Source of the DNA: Candidatus Multivorans sp.
Lineage (GTDB): Bacteria; Acidobacteriota; Thermoanaerobaculia; Multivoradales; Multivoraceae
Assembly: GCA_965206765.1 (NCBI GenBank)
Contig: OZ242222.1
Span: 129,662 to 193,661 of the forward strand
Direction of reading: 5' to 3'
Length of the DNA stretch: 64,000 nt
A model generated the notes under the pieces. The model had not been told where the DNA came from. It did not search any database and was given only the letters and a program-made list of their open reading frames with translations. A program made the position numbers and the translations under genes. Below, one piece after another: positions 45,848-55,314 of the stretch (position 1 is its first letter; every line of letters starts with the position of its first letter).

Positions 45848-46456
45848 ATGGGTCTGATGCACCTCGACGTGCCCGAGGCGTCCGGCGGCTACAGCCACTA
45901 CGGCGTGCTGGCCCGCTTCAGGACCGCCAAGGCGCTCTACCGCGCCTGCGAGGCAGTCAGAGACGCCGGGTACTCGAAGTGGGACGCGCTGACCCCCTTC
46001 CCGGTCCACGGCCTGGAGAAGGCGATGGGCCTCAAGCCGTCCAAGCTGCCGTTCCTTGTGCTGGCGACCGGCCTTACCGGCGCCGGGCTCGGCTTCGGCC
46101 TGCAGAGCTGGGTCCACATCATGGCCTATCCGCTGGTCATCAGCGGCAAGCCGCTCTTCACCTGGCCGGCGTTCGTGCCGGTGACCTTCGAGCTCGGCGT
46201 GCTCGGCGCCGCGCTGGGGGCCGTGCTCGGCATGTTCGCGCTCAACAAGCTGCCGACGTACCACCATCCGCTGTTCCGGTCGGAGACCTTCGCCCGGGTC
46301 ACGGATGACGGCCTGTTCATCGCCATCGAGGCGTGGGATCCGAAGTACGACGATCAGGCGACGGCGGAGTTCCTGAGCGGCCTGGGCGCGGTGGAGGTCG
46401 AGCATGTGCCGATCGAGGATCCGCCTGATGACGACGCCGGCGGCGAGGACGCATGA
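45848..46456 (+). CDS. actD: alternative complex III subunit ActD (DUF3341)
   Basis: ATG 1 nt after the actC stop. YGVLARFRTAKALYRACEAVRDAGYSKWDALTPFPVHGLEKAMG and two C-terminal TM helices match ActD. Confidence 0.7.
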   Translation: MGLMHLDVPEASGGYSHYGVLARFRTAKALYRACEAVRDAGYSKWDALTPFPVHGLEKAMGLKPSKLPFLVLATGLTGAGLGFGLQSWVHIMAYPLVISGKPLFTWPAFVPVTFELGVLGAALGAVLGMFALNKLPTYHHPLFRSETFARVTDDGLFIAIEAWDPKYDDQATAEFLSGLGAVEVEHVPIEDPPDDDAGGEDA

Positions 46457-47691
46457 TGAGTCACGGACCGCGCATCGTTCACCTGGATCAGCTCGTGATC
46501 CGCCCGGGCAGCGCGTGGGCGCGGCTGCCGCTGATCGCCGGCGGGCTAGGGGTCGTGTTCACCGCGGTCTCTGTGGTGATGGCGATGGGATCCGAGGAGA
46601 ACGCCAAGCAGTTCTTCCACTCCTGGTTGGTTGCGGTCGTCTTCTTTCTCGGCATCGCTCTCGGCAGCCTGTTCTTCATCCTCATCCATCACGCCACCAA
46701 GGCGGGTTGGGGCGTCGTCGTGCGGCGTCTGGCCGAGAACCTGGCTTGCGCCGTGCCCTTGCTGGCGGTTCTGTTCATACCGATCGCCGTGTTCGGGATG
46801 CACGACCTGTTCCACTGGACCCACAGCGACGCGGTGGCGCATGACCGCCTGCTCCAGCTCAAGGCGCCGTGGCTCAACCAGAGCTTCTTCTGGCTGCGCG
46901 CCGTCGTCTACTTCGGCGTCTGGATCGGGCTGGCGCTCTTCTTCCGGAACTCGTCGCGGCGGCAGGACGCGAGCGGCGACGAGGCCCTGTCCCGGCGCAT
47001 GGCTCGGTTCAGTCCGCCGGCTATCGCCCTGTTCGCTCTGACCCTGACCTTTGCCGGCTTCGACTGGCTCATGTCGCTCGATCCGCACTGGTACTCGACG
47101 ATGTTCGGCGTGTACTTCTTCGCCGGCACGATCGTCGCTGCCTTCGCCGCGCTTACCGTGCTCACCCTGGCGCTGGATTTCGCCGGCTACCTGCGGGGCG
47201 TGATCACCGGCGAGCACCTGCACGACCTTGGCAAACTGCTGTTCGCGTTCACCGTCTTCTGGGCCTACATCGCCTTCAGCCAGTTCTTCCTCATCTGGTA
47301 CGCGAACATCCCGGAGGAGACGGGGTGGTTCCTGAGCCGGTTGCATGGCACGCCGGAAGACCCCGCGAATTGGCGACTGGCGACGATGTTCCTCGCCATC
47401 GGCCACTTCGCGGTACCGTTTTTCTTCCTGATGCCCCGTACGGTCAAGCGGAACCGCGTCCTGCTGCTGATCGGCGCCCTGTGGATGCTGGCGATGCACC
47501 TGTGGGACATCTACTGGCTGGTGATGCCGAACCTCCACGACGAGATGACCTTCTCCTTGCTCGACGTCACGTCGATCCTCGGCGTTGGCGGACTGTTCGT
47601 GGCGGTGGTGGCCTGGCTCCTGGGCCGCGGCGCGCTGGTGCCGACGCGCGATCCGCGCCTGGTGGAGTCGCTTGCCTTCGAGAACATCTGA
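46453..47691 (+). CDS. actF: alternative complex III membrane subunit ActF (NrfD-like)
   Basis: Overlaps the actD stop (ATGA). 412 aa polytopic protein. FTVFWAYIAFSQFFLIWYANIPEET is an ActF-type motif. Confidence 0.75.
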   Translation: MMSHGPRIVHLDQLVIRPGSAWARLPLIAGGLGVVFTAVSVVMAMGSEENAKQFFHSWLVAVVFFLGIALGSLFFILIHHATKAGWGVVVRRLAENLACAVPLLAVLFIPIAVFGMHDLFHWTHSDAVAHDRLLQLKAPWLNQSFFWLRAVVYFGVWIGLALFFRNSSRRQDASGDEALSRRMARFSPPAIALFALTLTFAGFDWLMSLDPHWYSTMFGVYFFAGTIVAAFAALTVLTLALDFAGYLRGVITGEHLHDLGKLLFAFTVFWAYIAFSQFFLIWYANIPEETGWFLSRLHGTPEDPANWRLATMFLAIGHFAVPFFFLMPRTVKRNRVLLLIGALWMLAMHLWDIYWLVMPNLHDEMTFSLLDVTSILGVGGLFVAVVAWLLGRGALVPTRDPRLVESLAFENI

Positions 47692-47898
47692 CGACCCTCG
47701 GATCCGAGCCGCCGCGCCGCCGATCCGCCTTGTTCCGCGCCCCGGTCCTTGCTACGCTGCCCCCGCTCTAGGAGAAGCCCTGAATCTGGGGGAAGTTCCA
47801 GCCGGCAGTCGTCGCGTCCAGGGCCGCCATGCGGCGGCGCGCGGTCGGCTGGCCCCAGTTCACCAACTCTGCATCACCTCCTCGTAAGGAGCCTCGAC

Positions 47899-48624
47899 AT
47901 GATTCCGAAGCAGACGATCCGCGTCTGTGCCGTCCTCCTCGCCCTTGCCCTGGCTTCGTCCTCGGTGGTTCTCGGCGGCACGATTACCGGCAAGATCACC
48001 TATGACGGCCAGGTGCCGAACTTCCGCCCTTTGAGGATGGACGCCGATCCCAAGTGCGCTGCGAAGCACAGCGGCGCGGTCAAACCCGAAATGCTCGTGC
48101 TGGGCGCCGACAACGCTCTCGCCAACGTGTTCGTGATGATCACGGATGGCCTGGCAGACAAGTCGTACGATCCGCCCTCCGAGCCCGTCGTCATGGACCA
48201 GAACGGCTGCGTCTATACGCCGCACGTGATGGGCATCCAGATCGGCCAGCAGTTCAAGGTCAAGAACTCGGACGGTCTGTTGCACAACGTCCACTCGCTG
48301 TCAAAGGAGAACACGCCCTTCAACCGCGCGATGCCGGCCAGCGTGACGGAGGCGGACTATGTGTTCACGAAGGAGGAGCGTTTCAGGATCAAGTGCGATG
48401 TCCATCCCTGGATGGGCTCCTTCGTGACGGTCCTCGACCATCCCTTCTACGCCATCACCGGCACGGACGGCACGTTCAAGATCGACGGGCTGCCGGCAGG
48501 TACCTACACCATTGAAGCGCAACACGAAGTCGAGGGATTCGGCGACGGTGGCATCTACAGAGCGGAAGTCACCGTTGGTGCGAGCGACACGGTCACGCAG
48601 GACTTCGTGTTCGTGAGGCCGTAG
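47899..48624 (+). CDS. secreted cupredoxin-like protein, paralog of 43431..44228
   Basis: RBS AAGGAG at 47886-47891. Signal peptide MIPKQTIRVCAVLLALALASSSVVLG. Conserved LLHNVHSL and KCDVHPWM. C-terminal DGTFKIDGLPAGTYTIEA. Confidence 0.5.
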   Translation: MIPKQTIRVCAVLLALALASSSVVLGGTITGKITYDGQVPNFRPLRMDADPKCAAKHSGAVKPEMLVLGADNALANVFVMITDGLADKSYDPPSEPVVMDQNGCVYTPHVMGIQIGQQFKVKNSDGLLHNVHSLSKENTPFNRAMPASVTEADYVFTKEERFRIKCDVHPWMGSFVTVLDHPFYAITGTDGTFKIDGLPAGTYTIEAQHEVEGFGDGGIYRAEVTVGASDTVTQDFVFVRP

Positions 48625-48685
48625 TCCGGTCGTACTGCCGGGTCTAAGAGTCGAGATACCAGGGACCAGGAAAGGAGCGGCGTCC

Positions 48686-50443
48686 ATGGCGGAGCCCGTT
48701 CAAGCTTCACACGCACACGAAGAGCATCACCACGAGCAGAGCTTCTGGCGGAAGTTCATCTTCTCGACCGATCACAAGGTGATCGGCGTCCAGTACTCCG
48801 TGACTGGTCTGGTGTTCCTGTTCTTCGGGTTCTGTCTGATGATGATCATGCGCTGGCAGCTCGCCTACCCGGGCGAGCCGATCCCGTTGATCGGTTCGCT
48901 GCTGGGCGACAGCCGGGCGCCGGGCGGCATCATGCTGCCGGACTTCTACAACGAGCTCGGCGCCATGCACGGCACGATCATGGTGTTCCTGGGCGTCGTG
49001 CCCCTGGCGGTCGGCGGCTTCGGCAACTTCGTGATGCCGCTGCAGCTCGGCGCGCCGGACATGGCGTTCCCGCGCATCAACATGATCAGCTACTGGTGCC
49101 TGTTCATGGGTGGCGTGACGATGTTCGCCAGCTTCTTCCTGCCCACCGGCGCCGCCGCCAACGGCTGGACCTCCTATTCGCCGCTCTCGGACATTGCGTT
49201 GAACGGGCAGACGGCGTGGCTGATCGGGATGATCTTCCTGATCACGTCGTCGTTGCTGGGTGCGATCAACTTCATCACCACCGCGGTGCACCTGCGGGCG
49301 CCCGGGCTGACCTGGATGCGCCTGCCGTTCTTCTGTTGGTCGCAGATCGTCACCGCCTTCCTGCTGCTGCTCGCCTTCCCGCCGCTGGAAGCAGCCGGCG
49401 TGCTGCAGTTGATGGACCGGGTCGCTTCCACCAGCTTCTTCCTGCCCGACGGCCTGGTGGTCGGCGGCGAGGTGCTGGAAGTGAGCGGCGGCGGCAGTCC
49501 ACTGCTCTGGCAGCACCTGTTCTGGTTCCTGGCGCATCCCGAGGTCTACGTCCTGATCCTGCCGGCGATGGGCATCGTGGCCGAGGTCATTGCCAACAAC
49601 TCGCGGAAGCCGCTCTGGGGCTACCGCTCGATGGTGTACTCGCTGATCTTCCTCGGCTTCATGAGCTTCATCGTCTGGGCGCACCACATGTTCATCACCG
49701 GCATGGGTTCGGTGATGTCCACCTTCTTCCAGACCACGACGATGATCATCTCGATTCCATCGGTGATCATCCTGAGCGCGCTGTTCATCTCGCTGTGGGG
49801 CGGCTCCATCCGCTTCAATACGCCGATGCTGTTCGCGCTCGGTTTCCTGCCGATGTTCGGCATCGGAGGGCTGACCGGTCTGCCGCTCGGTCTCTCGGCG
49901 GCGGACATCCCGCTGCACGACACGTACTACGTGATCGGGCATTTCCACTACGTGGTCGCGCCGGGAACGCTGTTCGCGCTGTTTGCCGGCGTCTACTACT
50001 GGTTCCCGAAGGTCACGGGACGCAAGATGAACGAGTTCCTGGGCAAACTCCACTTCTGGCCGTCGCTGATCTTCATGAACGGCGTGTTCTTCCCGATGAT
50101 GATCCAGGGCCTGAACGGCGTCTCGCGGCGGCTCGCCGACGGCGGCATCACCTACGACTTCGCGGGTGAGGTGGCCGGTCTGAACCGCATGATGTCGGTC
50201 TCGGCCTGGTGTCTGGCCTTAGCCCAGATCCCGTTCATCATCAACTTCTTCATGAGCATCCGGAACGGCGAGAAGGCTGGCCGAAACCCCTGGAAGTCGA
50301 CCACCCTCGAGTGGTTGGCGCCGTCGCCGGCGCCGCACGGCAACTTCGATCAACCGATCGAGGTCGTCCGCGGGCCCTACGAGTACAGCGTCCCGGGCAG
50401 CGACAAGGACTACGCCCCACAGGCCGAACCGGCCTCAACCTGA
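48686..50443 (+). CDS. ctaD: cytochrome c oxidase subunit I
   Basis: 585 aa, 12+ TM helices. The HPEVYVLILPAMG and WAHHMF heme/CuB ligand regions are present. Confidence 0.9.
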   Translation: MAEPVQASHAHEEHHHEQSFWRKFIFSTDHKVIGVQYSVTGLVFLFFGFCLMMIMRWQLAYPGEPIPLIGSLLGDSRAPGGIMLPDFYNELGAMHGTIMVFLGVVPLAVGGFGNFVMPLQLGAPDMAFPRINMISYWCLFMGGVTMFASFFLPTGAAANGWTSYSPLSDIALNGQTAWLIGMIFLITSSLLGAINFITTAVHLRAPGLTWMRLPFFCWSQIVTAFLLLLAFPPLEAAGVLQLMDRVASTSFFLPDGLVVGGEVLEVSGGGSPLLWQHLFWFLAHPEVYVLILPAMGIVAEVIANNSRKPLWGYRSMVYSLIFLGFMSFIVWAHHMFITGMGSVMSTFFQTTTMIISIPSVIILSALFISLWGGSIRFNTPMLFALGFLPMFGIGGLTGLPLGLSAADIPLHDTYYVIGHFHYVVAPGTLFALFAGVYYWFPKVTGRKMNEFLGKLHFWPSLIFMNGVFFPMMIQGLNGVSRRLADGGITYDFAGEVAGLNRMMSVSAWCLALAQIPFIINFFMSIRNGEKAGRNPWKSTTLEWLAPSPAPHGNFDQPIEVVRGPYEYSVPGSDKDYAPQAEPAST

Positions 50444-50463
50444 CTGCCTGAGGACCTGAAGAG

Positions 50464-51063
50464 ATGGAAATCCCCTACACGGTAGAAGCCCACCCCGAAA
50501 CGGGCCTCAACAACGGCAAGATCGGGATCTGGCTGTTCCTGACCTCGGAGGTCATGCTGTTCGGTGCGCTGTTCGCCACCTACATCATGCTGCGCCTCGG
50601 GTCGGACGGTCAGTGGGCGCACTACCAGGCCGAGGCGGAGCTGAACATCCCGCTGGCGACGCTCAACACCGCGGTGCTGATCGCCTCCAGCCTGACCATG
50701 GTGATGGCCTGGGCGTCCCTGATGCGCGGGCAGTTGAACCGGTTCCGCCTGTTCGGCTGGCTGACCGTCGCTTGCGGCGGCGGCTTCCTGGTCATCAAGT
50801 ACTTCGAGTACACGGCGAAGTTCGCGCACGACCACTATCCGGAGTCGAACACCTTCCTCGCCATCTACTTCACGATGACCGGACTCCACGCCCTGCACGT
50901 CATCGGCGGCATGGCCTGGAACGCGTACTTCACGGGACCGGGATCGAAGCTGTTCCACACCAACCGGCAGTGGCTGACCGACCGCGTCGAGCACTCGGGT
51001 CTGTTCTGGCACTTCGTCGACCTGGTCTGGATATTCCTGTTCCCCGTCTTCTACCTGCTGTAG
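50464..51063 (+). CDS. ctaE: cytochrome c oxidase subunit III
   Basis: 199 aa. LFLTSEVMLFGALF...YWHFVDLVWIFLFPVFYL are typical subunit III motifs. Confidence 0.85.
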   Translation: MEIPYTVEAHPETGLNNGKIGIWLFLTSEVMLFGALFATYIMLRLGSDGQWAHYQAEAELNIPLATLNTAVLIASSLTMVMAWASLMRGQLNRFRLFGWLTVACGGGFLVIKYFEYTAKFAHDHYPESNTFLAIYFTMTGLHALHVIGGMAWNAYFTGPGSKLFHTNRQWLTDRVEHSGLFWHFVDLVWIFLFPVFYLL

Positions 51064-51116
51064 CGGTGAGCCTCTTCGCCTTTGATCCGTAGCTACCCTG
51101 GAGCGAGTCGCATCTC

Positions 51117-51446
51117 ATGAGTGAACACGTCGATATCGACAAGCACGTTCGTACGTACTTCCTGGTGTTCGGCGCCCTGCTGGTCGGCACCGGATTCACG
51201 GTCGCGGCCTCGTACCTCAATGTCTCGGTGCCGCTGGCGATCGTGATCGGCCTGTTCATCGCCAGCGTCAAGGCGACCCTGGTCGCCTGCTTCTTCATGC
51301 ACCTGATCGCGGAGAAGAAGCTGGTCTACTGGATCCTGCTCCTGACCGTGGCGTTCTTCATCGTCCTGATGGCGGTGCCCCTCCTGACCTCGGTCATCGA
51401 CCAGGCGGGAGACTTCATGCCAAGCGGAGCATCCGCGCCGCACTGA
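51117..51446 (+). CDS. cytochrome c oxidase subunit IV (bacterial small subunit)
   Basis: 109 aa, 3 TM helices. KHVRTYFLVFGALLVGTGFTVA matches the prokaryotic COX4 family. Confidence 0.6.
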   Translation: MSEHVDIDKHVRTYFLVFGALLVGTGFTVAASYLNVSVPLAIVIGLFIASVKATLVACFFMHLIAEKKLVYWILLLTVAFFIVLMAVPLLTSVIDQAGDFMPSGASAPH

Positions 51447-51512
51447 TCCAGCGTCAACGCACTGATCCAACCACGAACTCATTGATCCAGCCATCAACGC
51501 ACTGATCCGGCC

Positions 51513-51986
51513 ATGAACCTCAAGATCATCCACATCGTCTTCGTGGGCAGCGCCGTCCTGCTGGCGCTGTTCTTCGGAGGCTGGTGCCTGGCCCAGGGCG
51601 CCGAGTTCTTCGCACTCGGGGTGGGTTCCTTCGTTGTCGCTGCGGCGCTGGTGGTGTACGGCTTCTGGTTCTGGCGCAAGATCACCACGCCCCAAGAAGA
51701 GTGGGAGCGCCGGCGCAAGTTGTTTCGCACCGTGCCCGTCGTGGTCGGCCTGTGGCTGTTCGGGTCCGAGCAGGCGGCCTGGGCCTGCTCAGTCTGCTAC
51801 GGCGCCGCGGAGGGCTCGATGATCGACGCCGCCCGTGTGGGCGTCTGGTTTCTGCTCGGGGCGGTGCTCGTGATGCAGGCCGCCTTCGTTCTCTTCTTTC
51901 TCCATGTCCGGCGCCGCGCGCGTCGTTTGCAAACAGACCCAGTGCCACCCTGGTGGAGCACAGTTGAGGAGCCTGTCAAATCATGA
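51513..51986 (+). CDS. hypothetical 4-TM membrane protein with a CxxC motif inside the oxidase cluster
   Basis: 157 aa. AACSVCYGAAEG lies between TM helices 2 and 3. The stop overlaps the ctaC start. Confidence 0.4.
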   Translation: MNLKIIHIVFVGSAVLLALFFGGWCLAQGAEFFALGVGSFVVAAALVVYGFWFWRKITTPQEEWERRRKLFRTVPVVVGLWLFGSEQAAWACSVCYGAAEGSMIDAARVGVWFLLGAVLVMQAAFVLFFLHVRRRARRLQTDPVPPWWSTVEEPVKS

Positions 51987-52783
51987 TGGATGCGATGTTT
52001 CCCGCCGCGGCTTCGGCCCATGCCGGCGCGATCGACACCATGATCGACGCGGTGCACTACTTGATGCTCGCGCTCTTGATTGTGTGGGGTGCGTTCTTCC
52101 TCTACACGCTGATGCGCTTCCGCGCCGGCCGCAATCCCAAGGCGGACTACGTCGGCGTCAAGAGCAAGATGAGCACGTATGGCGAGGTCGCGGTGGCGAT
52201 CGCGGAGGGGATTCTGCTCCTCGGCTTCTCGATCCCCATGTGGGCGGAGCGGGTCGACGAAAGGCCCAGCGAGTCGGAATCCACGGTCGTGCGCGTCGTC
52301 GCCCAGCAGTTCGCCTGGAACGTCTGGTATCCGGGCGCCGACGGGGTATTCGGCGACGCGGACCCGCACCTGACCGACGAAGCGACCAATCCGGTCGGCC
52401 TGGACCGCGATGGAGCGGGCGCCGACGACATCTGGACCGTGAACCAGTTGCATCTACCGGTCGACAAGCCGGCGATCATCCACCTGTCGTCCAAGGACGT
52501 GATCCATAGCTTCAACTTGCCGAACATGCGGGTCAAGCAGGATGCGATCCCGGGTCTCTCCATTCCGATCTGGTTCGTGCCCACGAAGACCACGGAACAG
52601 ATCCGCGAGGAGGTTGGCAATCCCGACTACGTCTACGAGATCGCCTGCGCCCAGCTCTGCGGCAACAGCCACTACTCGATGCGCGGCTTCCTGACCGTCC
52701 ACACCGAGGAAGGGTTCCAGGCCTGGCTCGACGAGGAAGCGTCCTACCTCGGCGACGGCGAGGAAGACGACTTCTTCAACTAG
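51983..52783 (+). CDS. ctaC: cytochrome c oxidase subunit II (CuA, no fused cytochrome c domain)
   Basis: Two N-terminal TM helices. The CuA ligands are HSFNLPNMRVKQDAIPG and EIACAQLCGNSHYSM. Confidence 0.85.
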   Translation: MMDAMFPAAASAHAGAIDTMIDAVHYLMLALLIVWGAFFLYTLMRFRAGRNPKADYVGVKSKMSTYGEVAVAIAEGILLLGFSIPMWAERVDERPSESESTVVRVVAQQFAWNVWYPGADGVFGDADPHLTDEATNPVGLDRDGAGADDIWTVNQLHLPVDKPAIIHLSSKDVIHSFNLPNMRVKQDAIPGLSIPIWFVPTKTTEQIREEVGNPDYVYEIACAQLCGNSHYSMRGFLTVHTEEGFQAWLDEEASYLGDGEEDDFFN

Positions 52784-52840
52784 GCCGGGGTCGCCGGTCC
52801 TCGTGGCGCCGCCCGGTCTCCTGGGTGTAGCCTGAAGTCC

Positions 52841-54247
52841 ATGAGCGGGTGGACACCGCAGTGGGGACGCCGTGAGTTCTTGAAGGCGGCATGGGTGGGG
52901 CCGGCTGCGGCCGCGGCCGCTGTGCGGGCGCAGGCTGCGGCGGGACAGGAGCCCGATGCCGGGCAGGTCGCTGCACAGCCGGTCGACGCTGCGGTCGAGG
53001 CCTATCGCGCCGGGTTCGCGGCGCCGCCGCTGGAGCGGGTGCGCATCGGCTTCGTCGGCGTCGGCAATCAGGGCGGCGGCCATGTGCGGAACCTTCTGCG
53101 CATCGACGGCGTCGATGTCGTTGCGGTCTGCGACATCGACGAGCCGCGGGCCGAGGAGGTCGCGTCCTGGGTGGCCGACGCCGGGGGCGGGTCGCCCGAT
53201 CTCTACACGCGCGGGGAGACGGACTTCAAGCGGCTCTGCGAGCGCGACGACATCGACCTGGTGTTCAACTCGACCCCGTGGCGCTGGCACGTGCCGGTCT
53301 GCGTCGAGGCGATGGAGACCGGCAAGCACGCCGCGGTCGAGGTGCCGGCCGCGATCACGCTCGAGGGATGCTGGCGGCTGGTCGAGACCGCGGAGCGCAC
53401 GGCGCGCCACTGCGTGATGATGGAGAACTGCAACTACGGTCGCAGCGAGATGATGGTGCTCAACATGGTGCGCCAGGGCCTGCTGGGCGAGCTCCTGCAC
53501 GGCGAGGCGGCCTACATCCACGACCTGCGGTCGATCAAGTTCTCCGACCGGAACGAGGGTTTGTGGCGACTCCAGCACTCGGTCGAGCGGAACGGGAACC
53601 TCTATCCGACGCATGGCCTCGGGCCGGTGGCCCAGTGCATGGACATCAATCGGGGCGACTGCTTCGACTATCTCGTGTCGCTATCGAGTCCGGCTCGCGG
53701 CCTGGCCCGCTACGCGGCGGAGCGCTTCGGCGCCGACGACCCGCGGGCCAAGGTCCGCTACGCCCTCGGCGACATGAACTCCAGCCTGATCCGTACCCGC
53801 CGCGGGCGCAGCATCCTGCTCCAGCACGACACGACGACGCCCCGGCCGTACAGCCGTCTGAACCTGGTCCAGGGCACGCGCGGCGTGTTCGCGGGTTTCC
53901 CGGACCGCATCTTCATCGAGGCCGAGGCCGAGGCCGAGGGCGCGGGGCACGAGTGGAGCGATATCGAGCCTTACCGGGAGCGGTTCGAACACCCGCTGTG
54001 GTCGGCACAGGCGGACGACGCCGAGGGCGCCGGCCACGGCGGCATGGACTACCTGGAGGACTATCGCCTGGTGCGTTGCCTGCTCGAAGGCACGCCGACC
54101 GACATGGACGTCTACGATGCGGCGGCGCTGTCGGCGCCGGTCGAGTTGAGCGAACTCTCGGTGGCGCGGGGCAGTGAGCCGGTCGAGTTCCCGGACTTCA
54201 CCCGCGGCGCCTACCGGACGCGGCCGCCGCTGGGCATCGTTGCCTGA
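52841..54247 (+). CDS. Gfo/Idh/MocA-family NAD(P)-dependent oxidoreductase with a twin-arginine signal
   Basis: RREFLKAAWVGPAAAAAA is a Tat motif. IGFVGVGNQGGGHVRNLL is the Rossmann fold. The overall layout is GH109-like. Confidence 0.8.
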   Translation: MSGWTPQWGRREFLKAAWVGPAAAAAAVRAQAAAGQEPDAGQVAAQPVDAAVEAYRAGFAAPPLERVRIGFVGVGNQGGGHVRNLLRIDGVDVVAVCDIDEPRAEEVASWVADAGGGSPDLYTRGETDFKRLCERDDIDLVFNSTPWRWHVPVCVEAMETGKHAAVEVPAAITLEGCWRLVETAERTARHCVMMENCNYGRSEMMVLNMVRQGLLGELLHGEAAYIHDLRSIKFSDRNEGLWRLQHSVERNGNLYPTHGLGPVAQCMDINRGDCFDYLVSLSSPARGLARYAAERFGADDPRAKVRYALGDMNSSLIRTRRGRSILLQHDTTTPRPYSRLNLVQGTRGVFAGFPDRIFIEAEAEAEGAGHEWSDIEPYRERFEHPLWSAQADDAEGAGHGGMDYLEDYRLVRCLLEGTPTDMDVYDAAALSAPVELSELSVARGSEPVEFPDFTRGAYRTRPPLGIVA

Positions 54248-54318
54248 TCCGTAGGGATTGTGGCCTGAGAGTCGCCTATCTCCTGCCCGGCGCAGCCCTC
54301 TACGGCGGCGTCAAGGTC

Positions 54319-55314
54319 GTGTTCCAGCACGCCCGGGCCTTGAGGCGGCTCGGGGTCGAGGTCACGGTCCATTCGCCTGACACTTGCCCGGACTGGTTTG
54401 ACGGTGCCGGCGCGTTCTACCGGCAGGTTCCGGCCCTCGAGAGCCGTTTTCTACCCCGAGTCGAGGTCGCAGTCGGCACGCTGGCGCCGACGGTCGCCGC
54501 CGCGATCGAGATCGCCGAGCGGCTGGCCTGCCACCTGTGCCAGGGGTACGAGCCGGGTCATGACACGCTGGCGCCGGTAGCTCGGGAGGCCATGCGGGCG
54601 GCCTACGACCTGCCGGCGCTCAAACTGGTCGTATCGCCGCACCTGGTTCGGACTCTGCGCGAGCGCCACGGTGTGGAGGCCCGGTGGATACCGCAGCCCT
54701 TCGAGCCGGACCTGTTTCGCCCGCCGGAGCTGGAACGCGCCGACGACGGTCGTTTGCGCGTGCTGGTCAGCGGGCACTGGGCTCTCGAGGTCAAGGGCGT
54801 GGCCTGGTGCCTGCGCGCGCTTCGGCCTCTGTTCGAGCAGAGTGGCGGCCGGCTCGAATTGGTCCGCCTGTCGCTCGATGCGGACGAGGAGGAACTGGCC
54901 CTGTGGCCCGAGGCGGATCGCCGGCGCCACGTCCCGCCGGCGGAGGTGCCGGCGCTGGTTCAGGGCGTCGACCTCTGCATCGGCCCGTCGTCGCCGCTCG
55001 AGGGTTTCGGCCTGATCGCGCTCGAGGCGATGGGCTGCGGCCGCGCCTGCGTGCTGACCGACATTCCCTCGCACCGCGACCTCGACCCGGAGGACCGGGC
55101 GTCGATCAAGGTGCCGGTCGGCGACGGGGAGGCGCTTCGCTCGGCGGTAGAGCGTCTTTGGCGGGACCGGGAACGGCGGAACCGTCTGGGTGCGGGCGGT
55201 CGCGCCATTGCCGAGACCTACACCGAGCGACGGACCGCCGAAGCGCTGGTCGTCGCGTTCCGGCACGGCCTTGCGACGGAGCGGCCGGTCGCTCAAACGA
55301 AGATCGAGACGTAG
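54319..55314 (+). CDS. glycosyltransferase family 4 (GT-B, RfaG-like); N-terminus probably extends upstream
   Basis: GPSSPLEGFGLIALEAMGCGRACVLTDIP is the GT4 EX7E region. The in-frame upstream residues RVAYLLPGAALYGGVKVV look like a genuine GT4 N-terminus, but there is no ATG/GTG/TTG before 54319. Confidence 0.65.
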   Translation: MFQHARALRRLGVEVTVHSPDTCPDWFDGAGAFYRQVPALESRFLPRVEVAVGTLAPTVAAAIEIAERLACHLCQGYEPGHDTLAPVAREAMRAAYDLPALKLVVSPHLVRTLRERHGVEARWIPQPFEPDLFRPPELERADDGRLRVLVSGHWALEVKGVAWCLRALRPLFEQSGGRLELVRLSLDADEEELALWPEADRRRHVPPAEVPALVQGVDLCIGPSSPLEGFGLIALEAMGCGRACVLTDIPSHRDLDPEDRASIKVPVGDGEALRSAVERLWRDRERRNRLGAGGRAIAETYTERRTAEALVVAFRHGLATERPVAQTKIET

